Part shown: piece after piece, positions 49,637 through 57,823 of the stretch
How positions within the stretch are numbered: the stretch's first letter is position 1
Layout of the letters: every line of letters starts with the position of its first letter
Assembly: GCA_009837395.1 (NCBI GenBank)
Contig: VXTP01000046.1
Span: 65,946-129,945, forward strand
Length of the DNA: 64,000 bases
Source: Gemmatimonadota bacterium
Lineage (GTDB): Bacteria; JAAXHH01
Direction: 5' to 3'
Notes under the pieces: model-generated
Database searches by the model: none
The model's input: only the letters and a program-made list of their open reading frames with translations
Told to the model about the DNA's origin: nothing
Program-made: the position numbers and the translations under genes

Positions 49637-50413
49637 TCAGGCCCCCGGCAGATCCACCGGGGTCGTATCCTGCACGTCGGTCCGGAACACCCAGGTGCCG
49701 TCCTTCACGTAGTGGACGGCGAAGGCCAGGCGCGGCCGGGTGTGCGACCGGTTGGCGTAGGAGCCGTGCACCGTCCTGCTGGTGAAGAACACCCCGCTGC
49801 CGCGCGGCACCGTCAGCCGGACGAGGTCTTCTTCCCCGATGCCCACCACGTCGAAGGAGTAGAGTTTCTCGGTCCACTCGCGGCCGTCCGGCGATCTCAT
49901 GCCGTAGTCATTCTCCCAGCTCATGTGCTCCGGATTGGTGTTCAGGGTCGTCTCGCGCAGGGTGTCCCTGTGGCTGCCCGGCGCCACGCACAGTCCGCCG
50001 TTCTCCGGATCGGTATCGCTCATGGCGATCCAGCAGGCCATCAGCGTGTCCGGTTCGTTGGGCAGGTAGTGGGAATCCTGGTGCAGCGAGATGCCGGCGC
50101 CACCCAGTTCCTCATCCGGCCTGGCCGGTTCCTTGGCCATGTACATGGTCTGTACGATGCGGGGCCGTCCGCCCAGGATCTGGCGGGCGACGCCGGCCAC
50201 GTTGGGATGGTGGGCCAGCCGGCGCCAGAAGGGGTCCGAAAGGTGGGTACGGAGCCCCTGCTTCAAGGACTCGGCTTCCGGATCGGCCTGGTGCCGTACG
50301 AAGGACTCGACTTCATCCGCCGCCAGCAGGTTCGGGACGACGAGGTAGCCTTCTTCGTGGAACCGGGCGATTTGCCCGTCGGTGAGCTGGATGGACAGGG
50401 ATTTCTGCGTCAT
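49637..50413 (-). CDS. PhyH-family Fe(II)/2OG-dependent oxygenase
   Basis: PhyH-like N-terminus (FHEEGYLVVPNLL); HQDSHY (HxD) and a distal His. Confidence 0.75.
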   Translation of the reverse strand: MTQKSLSIQLTDGQIARFHEEGYLVVPNLLAADEVESFVRHQADPEAESLKQGLRTHLSDPFWRRLAHHPNVAGVARQILGGRPRIVQTMYMAKEPARPDEELGGAGISLHQDSHYLPNEPDTLMACWIAMSDTDPENGGLCVAPGSHRDTLRETTLNTNPEHMSWENDYGMRSPDGREWTEKLYSFDVVGIGEEDLVRLTVPRGSGVFFTSRTVHGSYANRSHTRPRLAFAVHYVKDGTWVFRTDVQDTTPVDLPGA

Positions 50414-50596
50414 GTTCCGCCGTGGCCTCGCGGATATCGAGCGAAGAAAAGGACTCGAAACGCGGCGTTGATTCGCGACTCAAGACAATCAACCTAAGAA
50501 AACGGCCCGGTAATTTCTGGTCAAGGAGTATGTCCCGGCCATACCGGCCGCCCGACGTAGTCTTGACAGGCTGCCCGCCGCCGAGATCCCGGGGCG

Positions 50597-51580
50597 CTAC
50601 AACTGGTTGAGCAGCATCAGTTCGCCGGGAAAGGGATGGAGGTAGGTCTGGTCCTGCAGGTAGGTGATGTCGAACTCCCGCACGTAGTGCCGCAGCATGA
50701 CCACGGGCACGATCAGGGGCAGAAGCTCCTCGTGGTACTTCTGGATCATGCGCGTCAGTTCACGGCGCGTGCGGCCGTCGAGCCGGTCGGAGACATAGCC
50801 CGCCATGTGCTGCAGCACGTTGGTGTGGTTCCGCCGGGACGGCGTTCTCTTCATGACCCGGGTGAACTCGTCCAGGTAGGCGTCCGCCAGTTCGCGGGTG
50901 GTGGCGTAGCGTTCCGGTTTCGCCAGCAACCGTCCGAGACGGCGCGTGCCCTCCTGGCTGTGGGCCATGAGGAGGTACTTGTAGGCCCGGTGATAGCTCA
51001 TCAGCGACTGCCGGGTCAGGCCCGAATCGGCGAGCTGAAGCCAGCGGTAACAGGCGAAAACCCGGCTGATGAAATTCTCCCGCACCCGCGGGTTATGCAG
51101 CCGCCGCTCTTCTTCCACGGGCAGATGGGGCAGGGCATCCATCAGCCGGCGGGCGAATATCCCGCGCCCGTTACGGAGCGCGGCGCCCTCGGGCTGGACC
51201 ACGGGTACTCTTCCCATGCCGCAGGAAGGCGACCGGCTCTTGAGGATATAGCCGCTGAGCCGGGCCTGCTCCAGGGTCTGCACCCGTTGCCGGGCGAACC
51301 AGTCCACCCTGTCGGTGTGATCGACCCCGTTTTTCGTCAGCATCCGGACATCGCCGTCGACCCGGGTCAACTGCACGGTCTCCCGCGGCGTACCCATACC
51401 CGCTTCCACTTCCGGGCAGACCGGAATCCACTCCACGTATCGGCCGACCACGTCCACCAGGTAGTCGTCGCGCTTGTGTCCGCCGTCGTAGCGGACACGC
51501 TCGCCGAGCAGACAGGACGAGATGCCGATGCGTACGGGCATTTCGGCCCGATGGATATCCATCTTGGACAATTCGCTCAT
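50597..51580 (-). CDS. DUF523 (TudS-like, Fe-S thio-nucleobase desulfidase family) fused to DUF1722 (YbgA-like)
   Basis: CPEVEAGMGTPRE and PSCGMG motifs from DUF523, recalled from family knowledge; C-terminal ~170-aa helical DUF1722-like region. Confidence 0.6.
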   Translation of the reverse strand: MSELSKMDIHRAEMPVRIGISSCLLGERVRYDGGHKRDDYLVDVVGRYVEWIPVCPEVEAGMGTPRETVQLTRVDGDVRMLTKNGVDHTDRVDWFARQRVQTLEQARLSGYILKSRSPSCGMGRVPVVQPEGAALRNGRGIFARRLMDALPHLPVEEERRLHNPRVRENFISRVFACYRWLQLADSGLTRQSLMSYHRAYKYLLMAHSQEGTRRLGRLLAKPERYATTRELADAYLDEFTRVMKRTPSRRNHTNVLQHMAGYVSDRLDGRTRRELTRMIQKYHEELLPLIVPVVMLRHYVREFDITYLQDQTYLHPFPGELMLLNQL

Positions 51581-51596
51581 AATGCCTCGCGCCGTA

Positions 51597-52721
51597 TCAG
51601 AAGAAACCGAGGTCCTCCCGCGCCGCGCGCCGCGCCACTTCCTCGTCCAGCGTAACGCCCAGGCCCGGCGTCATGGGCAGGTCGATATGCCCGTCCCTGA
51701 TCAGGTCCCGCTCCACCGTCAGTGTACTCCACACCGCGTCGTCCAGGTGGTGGAACTCCAGCACCTGGAAGTTCGGCACCGCCGCGCACAGGTGGCACAC
51801 GGCCATTGTCCCGATGGGCCCGCAGATGTTGTGCGGAGACAGGGGGATATAGTACATGTCCGCCAGGTCGGCGATCTTCCGGCCCTCCAGCAAACCTCCC
51901 GCCTTGGCGTGATCGGGCGAGATGATGTCCGCCGCCTGCGCCTCGATGAGGTCCCGGAAGCCGTGGCGGGTGTAGAAGTTCTCCCCGGTGCAGATGGGGA
52001 CGCGCGTGGCCTGGGTGACCTTCGCCATGGCCTCGATGTTCTCCGGCGGCACGGGGTCCTCCAGCCACATCAGGTCGAGGTCCTCGATGGCGTAGGCCAC
52101 CTTGAGGATGTCCACCGGGGCGTAGTTCCAGTGGGCGTCGATGAGCAGGTCGGTATTGGGGTCCAGGGCCTCCCGCAAGGCGGTGATGACGTCGACGAAG
52201 TAGGCCACGTCGTGGTTGCTGATGGTCCGGTTGTACCGGTCGCGTCGCGAGGGCTGCGGATCGATGTCGAACTTGATGGCGTCGAAGCCCCGGGCTTCCA
52301 CCGCCCGCGCTTTCTCCGCGTAGGCTTCCGGCGTTTCCTCGTCCCCCGCGTGACAGTCGTTGTATACGCGGATGCGATCCCTGAACTTGCCGCCGAGCAG
52401 TTGCCAGATCGGCACGCCGCAGGCCTGTCCCGTGATGTCCCACAGGGCCATTTCGATTCCGCTGATGGCGCTCATGACCGCGCCCTGGTAGAACCCGGAG
52501 GCGGACATGGATCCCATCATGTCGTGATAGAGCTTGTCCACGTTCCGCGGATCCTGGCCGATGAGCGCCCGTTCGACCAGCCTGGGATCGGTGGCGATCT
52601 GGTGGACCCCGGCGCCGTGATAGGCCTCGCCGATGCCGACCAGCCCCTCGTCGGTCCTCACCTTCACCAGCACCCAGGGCATGGGCTGGAGCAGCACGGC
52701 GCCCACGTGTGTGATTTTCAT
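51597..52721 (-). CDS. Enolase-superfamily enzyme (mandelate racemase / muconate lactonizing enzyme family; acid-sugar dehydratase-like)
   Basis: KFDID, LEDP, metal-binding D/E/D spacing; 374 aa. Confidence 0.85.
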   Translation of the reverse strand: MKITHVGAVLLQPMPWVLVKVRTDEGLVGIGEAYHGAGVHQIATDPRLVERALIGQDPRNVDKLYHDMMGSMSASGFYQGAVMSAISGIEMALWDITGQACGVPIWQLLGGKFRDRIRVYNDCHAGDEETPEAYAEKARAVEARGFDAIKFDIDPQPSRRDRYNRTISNHDVAYFVDVITALREALDPNTDLLIDAHWNYAPVDILKVAYAIEDLDLMWLEDPVPPENIEAMAKVTQATRVPICTGENFYTRHGFRDLIEAQAADIISPDHAKAGGLLEGRKIADLADMYYIPLSPHNICGPIGTMAVCHLCAAVPNFQVLEFHHLDDAVWSTLTVERDLIRDGHIDLPMTPGLGVTLDEEVARRAAREDLGFF

Positions 52722-52787
52722 TTGTACTCCCCGTCCGGTCTGCCGCGCAGTTCAAACCTTGCGGTCCACCGGCGTTTACAGGCCTGC

Positions 52788-53398
52788 CTACCGCATCCTG
52801 GTCAGCGCATCCCGGGTGTTGAGATACGGAACCGATCGTTCAAGGAACGTCCCCAGCAATTCCCCGGGGGTCAGATCGGACGTGTCGATGGCGAACTTCC
52901 GGTGGATCCACGACTGCGCGACCTCTTCATCGAACCGTTCCAGGATGAGCTCGACGTCCTCCGCCGGGACCAGTTGCCGGGGATGGGGGGCCGTCTCCAT
53001 GCGCTGCCGGATGACCTCCGGCCGGGCGTGGAGATGGACGAGGATCGCGTCGTCCGGCATGTCCGGTTCGTATTCCCTCACAGCGATGTTGATCCCCGGG
53101 TAGTAGTACCGGGGCCCGTACACCATTTCCTCGATATGAAACCCGCCGAGGAGGATGTGATCGAACTTGTGCATCAACCGGACGTGGTACACGATCTGGA
53201 ACCGCTGGAACCGCTCCTTGATGGCCGGCAGCATGTCGATGAATCCCTGCTGCTCCGCTTCGTCGAGGTGGTACGCGTCCGGTATGGTGAAGTGGTCGTC
53301 GAGATGGTGGTGGACGCCCCGTTCGTTTCCCAGTCGTAGAGACCGTCGATCAGCGTCGTGACCCCGGCGTATTCGCAGCCTACGGCGATCAACCGCAT
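52788..53398 (-). CDS. Hypothetical protein with degenerate Walker-A-like motif, apparently disrupted by a -1 frameshift in an A-run
   Basis: MRLIAVGCEYAGVTTLIDGLYDWETNG (frame a) continues as ...ERGVHHHLDDHFTIPDAYHLDEAEQQGFIDMLPAIKERF... (frame b). Both frames are open across 53290-53345. Restoring one A in gggaaacgaac joins them. AAGGAG Shine-Dalgarno 5 nt before the ATG. Confidence 0.45.
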
Positions 53399-53429
53399 GG
53401 ACGCTCCTTCCATGGTTCCCTGTGACGCA

Positions 53430-54548
53430 TCAGCTCAGCTCCTCGTGTTGCTGCGTGTACCGCTGCAGCGCGTCGTAGTCCAGGTCGCAGCCCAGCCCCG
53501 GTTTCATCGGCGTGGGCACGTGTCCGTCCGCGAAGGAGATGGGCTCTGTGATGAGATCGTCCTCCCGGGTCCACCCGCCGACGAAATCGGAGGCCATGGT
53601 GCAGTTCGGCGCCGCGGCGGCGGCGTGCACGAAAGAAGTGTCCGAGATCCCCAGGTCGTTTCCGGAACCGTGCCAGCAGGGCAGGCCGGCCGCGGCGGCC
53701 ACGGCGGCGTTGCGCTGGAATCCGAACATGCTGCCGCCCAGGTTCACGCAGTCCACCACGCCCCGGCCCCCGTCCGCCTGCAGGGCGCGCACGACCCCTT
53801 CCCCGTTCCCCAGGTGCATGGCCAGGGGGAAGGGGATCGCCCGGTGGATCTCCTCGTAGCCCTCGATGTCCGTCTTGGGTATGGGATCCTCGAAGACCTC
53901 CACGTTGCCCAGGGTCTCGAGACGGCCGGCCAGCTCGATGGCCTGGGCGGCCGTGTAGAACCGTTCGTTGGGGTCCACCGTCACCTTGAATCCCGGACCG
54001 GCCACGTCGCGCATGGCCTTCAGGCGCTCGTACATGGGTTCTTCGAGCCGGCACTTGATCTTGACGCCCGTGAAACCGAGTCGCAACCCCCGTTCCACGG
54101 CCTTTGCCCCGTTCTCCGGCGTCTGGTGGCCCATCCAGTAATCGGCCCGGACCCGGTCCCGGACCGCACCGCCCAGGAGGGTGTGCACGGGCAGTTCCCG
54201 GACCCGTCCGACCAGGTCGAGCACGGCCATCTCGTAGGCGTCGTAGGCCGGTCCCGCTCCCACGGTGAGGTCGTCCGCCGCCCGCTCGGCGCGTAGCCCG
54301 AAGATGTCCTGCGGCGTGATGTCCTCGGGGTCGCGGCCGATGAGCAGCCCTGCCCCTTCCCGGACCTGTTCGATGGGCAGGCCCCGGCCGGTCTCCCCGA
54401 TCCCGGAATGCTCGGTGTCGGTATCGACCCGGATGAGGTGCTTGGGCACCTCGTCCCACCCGGTCTTTTCCGCGTATTCCGGACTGTGCACCCGGCCGGG
54501 TATGGTGGGTACGACGACGGTCCATACGGAAACTGCGGTGATCTTCAT
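53430..54548 (-). CDS. Enolase-superfamily enzyme (MR/MLE family), second paralog
   Basis: KIKCRL, FEDP, metal ligands; 372 aa. Confidence 0.85.
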   Translation of the reverse strand: MKITAVSVWTVVVPTIPGRVHSPEYAEKTGWDEVPKHLIRVDTDTEHSGIGETGRGLPIEQVREGAGLLIGRDPEDITPQDIFGLRAERAADDLTVGAGPAYDAYEMAVLDLVGRVRELPVHTLLGGAVRDRVRADYWMGHQTPENGAKAVERGLRLGFTGVKIKCRLEEPMYERLKAMRDVAGPGFKVTVDPNERFYTAAQAIELAGRLETLGNVEVFEDPIPKTDIEGYEEIHRAIPFPLAMHLGNGEGVVRALQADGGRGVVDCVNLGGSMFGFQRNAAVAAAAGLPCWHGSGNDLGISDTSFVHAAAAAPNCTMASDFVGGWTREDDLITEPISFADGHVPTPMKPGLGCDLDYDALQRYTQQHEELS

Positions 54549-54582
54549 CGTGGTCTCCCCCGAAGGGCGTGCAAGCGACTCG

Positions 54583-55776
54583 TCAGTTGTTCCGCCATCC
54601 CGCCATGAAGGACGCCATGTTCAGGCCGGATGGCATTTCCTCGAAATAGTAGTGCATGGGATCCGACTGGAATCCCGGCACGTACTGGAGCGCGTCGGAC
54701 TGCATCTGTTCGTCGAGCGGCTTGAAGCGCAGCCAGAGCGTGTCCAGCTCGCCGGCGGTGAACCGTGGTTTCAGGTCTTCATCGTGCGAGATGTCGCTGC
54801 CGTAGTGCGGTCGGACCGGATGGGTGGCGAACCTCATCTTGTACACGATCTTGGACAGGAGTACGGTGCATACGATCCGGCCTGCTTCACCGGGATGCAG
54901 CGCGGCGACGCCTTCCTGGAAAGCGTCTTCGTCGCCGTCGATGGCGGCGCGGAAAATGGACTCGATCCGGTCGGTCTCCTCGTCATATCTGCGCCGGATG
55001 TCCCTGAAGACCGCCTGCAGATCGGAGGGCAGGCATTCGATGAAGCCGAGGTCGCGGAAGGTCCGGTTGACGTAGGGAAAAACCGGCCCGCCGTAGGACC
55101 TGTAGCCCAGGTGGATGGTGCGCCGGGTCCTGGCGCTGTAGTTGCTCCCCCAGTGCAGGATCGTATTGGTGTAGACCACGCCGTCGCCCGCGTTGAGCTC
55201 GACCTGGACGCCACCGGGCAGCGGCTCGCGGGGGTTTTGTGCCAGGCAGCGGTTTTCTTCGGACGTATTCCCTCTTCGGTGGCTCTTCGGCACGACCCAG
55301 AGCACGTTGTCGTCGTAGAGGGGGATGTTCCACTGGAGATAACCGGGCGCGTTGTGCAGCAGGTCGTCCTGGAGACCCCGCAGCGGCGCCTGGTCAATGG
55401 GGTGTATGTCCCGGTGCCAAGGCGCCGGTCCGCGGTCGGTCACCGGGTTGCACATGAACATGAACCCCGTGTTGCCCGCGGCTTCCGCGCCCATGATGCG
55501 CCGGCTGACGCCCATGGTGTGCTCGTGGAGACAGAAGGCCATCGTATCGGTCGTTTGCCCATCCACCAGGGTTTCGAATTGCAGTCTGGGCTGGTGGCCG
55601 GTCTCCCACACCCCTCCGGGCGGATCGCCCGGTTTCCTTTCCCTGGCCCAGATCTCCCGCTGGCGGTCCACCATGCGCTCGAAGCTGTCCCTCAGGGGAC
55701 CGAGCCAGTCAGGGGGAACCACCCCACGAAGCACGATGAAACCGTCTTCGAACAGTTTCCGAGGATCGAAATGCAT
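54583..55776 (-). CDS. PhyH-family Fe(II)/2OG-dependent oxygenase (large form)
   Basis: HRDIHP ... HWG pattern; 397 aa; first gene of the minus-strand cluster. Confidence 0.7.
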   Translation of the reverse strand: MHFDPRKLFEDGFIVLRGVVPPDWLGPLRDSFERMVDRQREIWARERKPGDPPGGVWETGHQPRLQFETLVDGQTTDTMAFCLHEHTMGVSRRIMGAEAAGNTGFMFMCNPVTDRGPAPWHRDIHPIDQAPLRGLQDDLLHNAPGYLQWNIPLYDDNVLWVVPKSHRRGNTSEENRCLAQNPREPLPGGVQVELNAGDGVVYTNTILHWGSNYSARTRRTIHLGYRSYGGPVFPYVNRTFRDLGFIECLPSDLQAVFRDIRRRYDEETDRIESIFRAAIDGDEDAFQEGVAALHPGEAGRIVCTVLLSKIVYKMRFATHPVRPHYGSDISHDEDLKPRFTAGELDTLWLRFKPLDEQMQSDALQYVPGFQSDPMHYYFEEMPSGLNMASFMAGWRNN

Positions 55777-56081
55777 GTAAGGATTACCACAAAAAGATGC
55801 GACGCGGGACGATGCCCGCGCCGTAGAACAGGGTTAGCATTCAATCTACACCGGCCCATGGGAATGTCAAGGGCGGGACGGCAGAAATATCCGCATTGAT
55901 ATAAAGGTTTTTAAAGGGAACATCATTTCTTCGGAAACTACGGCGCCGACTGAGCAAATCACCTTGCCCGAAGCCGGCCTTAACACATGATTGATAGCGA
56001 AGGACAACAGGATTCCAGGTGTCAAAGAGTAGCGACAACGTTACACCTTCGGACCAATCACCTTCAGTCGAAAGCAGGTCC

Positions 56082-56687
56082 ATGGCCGACCAGACAGACT
56101 GGCAACGGTTTGTGCTGTTGATCATCGATGTCCAGCGGGATTTCTGGCCTGCAGCAACCGCGAAGGCTTTTCCTGAATTCCCGTCGAACGTCGAAAGGCT
56201 GCTGGCATACAGCCGATCGTCGGGCCTCGACATCGTGCATGTGCGGGCGGAGTTCGAACCGGACGGAGCGGACTGGATGTCGCCTTACCGGGTCAAGGGG
56301 GAAACGCCCTGTGTCCGGGGAACGTCCGGCGCCGGCGTGCTGCCCTGCGCCACGGAACGGACCGGAGAAACGGTCCTGCGCAAGCAGACCTTCGATGCCT
56401 TCCTGCAGCCGGACCTATTAACCCATTTACATCGCGCGCGTAAATCCTTTATACTGGTTGCGGGACTGGAAACTTCCGTCTGCGTGCTGTTGACCGCGGC
56501 CTCCGCCGTGCAGCGCGGGTTCCTTGCCGCGGTCGTCGAGGACTGCTGTGCCGACGATCCGTTCAAACATGCGGCGGCGATCACCGGCTATCCCTTCGTC
56601 TTCGAGCGGACCTCCCTCGACACGCTGGAAACCGACCACGGCCGGTGGATGACCATGTTGAACGACCTGCAGAGCTCCGGAGGCTGA
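56082..56687 (+). CDS. Isochorismatase-family cysteine hydrolase
   Basis: [12 protein letters not shown] (catalytic Asp), conserved K, catalytic Cys in ETSVCVL. Confidence 0.75.
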   Translation: MADQTDWQRFVLLIIDVQRDFWPAATAKAFPEFPSNVERLLAYSRSSGLDIVHVRAEFEPDGADWMSPYRVKGETPCVRGTSGAGVLPCATERTGETVLRKQTFDAFLQPDLLTHLHRARKSFILVAGLETSVCVLLTAASAVQRGFLAAVVEDCCADDPFKHAAAITGYPFVFERTSLDTLETDHGRWMTMLNDLQSSGG

Positions 56688-56689
56688 CC

Positions 56690-57745
56690 GTGAATCGACT
56701 GACCGTGGACCACCTGAACGTAGGCATTGTCGGCCTCGGCTGGGTGGCCGGGGCGCATATCGACGCGTTCAAGGCCGTGACCGGTGCGGACGTCACCGCC
56801 GTATGCTCCCGCAGGACCCATGACGACGCGGCCCTTTCGGCCCGGTTCGGCACGCCGCTGAAGTCCTGTATCGATTACGACGACCTGCTCTCCGACCCGG
56901 ACATCCACGTGGTCGACATCTGCACGCCCCATCCCTTTCACGCCGACCAGGCCGTGGCCGCCGCGGAGGCCGGCAAGCATCTCATCATCGAGAAGCCCAT
57001 CGCCCTTACGCCCGGGGACGCGGCGCGCATCCAGTCCGCCGTGGACCGGGCCGGCGTATCGGTCTGCGTCTGCTTCGAATGCCGTTACAGCGCCCACTTC
57101 ACCCTGATCCGGTCCGTCATCGACCAGGGGCTTCTCGGCGACCTGCACTACGCCGAAGTCGACTACTACCACGGCATCGGACCGTGGTACGGGCAGTACG
57201 ACTGGAACGTGAAGAAGGCCATGGGCGGGACCAGCCTGCTGACGGCCGGCTGCCACGCCCTGGACGCGCTGCTGTTCTTCATGGACGGCACGGTGGAGGA
57301 AGTCACCAGCTACAACACGAAGTCTTCAAGCGCCCACTTCGCGCCGTACGAGTACGACACGACCAGCGTTTCCATCCTGAGGTTCGAGGGAGGGAACCGG
57401 ATCGCCAAGGTGACCTCCTGCATCGACTGCCTGCAACCCTACTACTTCCACGTGCACCTGGTGGGCAGCGAGGGCAGCCTGCTGGATAACCGGTTCTACT
57501 CCGAGAAGATCCGGGGGATGGATCGGAGCCGGTGGAGCACCCTCGAGACCTCCCTGATCGATTCGGGCGATGTCCAGGATCATCCCTACGAGCCCCAGTT
57601 CCAGGCCTTCGTGGACAGCATCCGAAGCGGCGGCCCCATGCCCCACACCGACATGGCCACGGCCTACGAATCCCACCGCGTCGTGTTCGCGGCCGACCGG
57701 TCCGCTACCGAAGGCCGGCCCGTGCGACTGACCGAGCTGGGCTAG
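56690..57745 (+). CDS. Gfo/Idh/MocA-family NAD(P)-dependent oxidoreductase
   Basis: [12 protein letters not shown] Rossmann motif; EKP motif; GGAGG Shine-Dalgarno 6 nt before the GTG start; abuts the isochorismatase stop. Confidence 0.85.
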   Translation: MNRLTVDHLNVGIVGLGWVAGAHIDAFKAVTGADVTAVCSRRTHDDAALSARFGTPLKSCIDYDDLLSDPDIHVVDICTPHPFHADQAVAAAEAGKHLIIEKPIALTPGDAARIQSAVDRAGVSVCVCFECRYSAHFTLIRSVIDQGLLGDLHYAEVDYYHGIGPWYGQYDWNVKKAMGGTSLLTAGCHALDALLFFMDGTVEEVTSYNTKSSSAHFAPYEYDTTSVSILRFEGGNRIAKVTSCIDCLQPYYFHVHLVGSEGSLLDNRFYSEKIRGMDRSRWSTLETSLIDSGDVQDHPYEPQFQAFVDSIRSGGPMPHTDMATAYESHRVVFAADRSATEGRPVRLTELG

Positions 57746-57800
57746 CGATTGCCATCAGGACGGGCGATCGCCATCAAGACGGGCAATCGCCGGCAGAATC
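57746..57800. repeat. ~20-bp tandem repeat x2.5 (cgatygccatcargacgggc) in the 5' region of the kinase gene
   Basis: Read directly. Confidence 0.6.
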
Positions 57801-57823
57801 TGCCATCACCATGGAGTAAGCGC

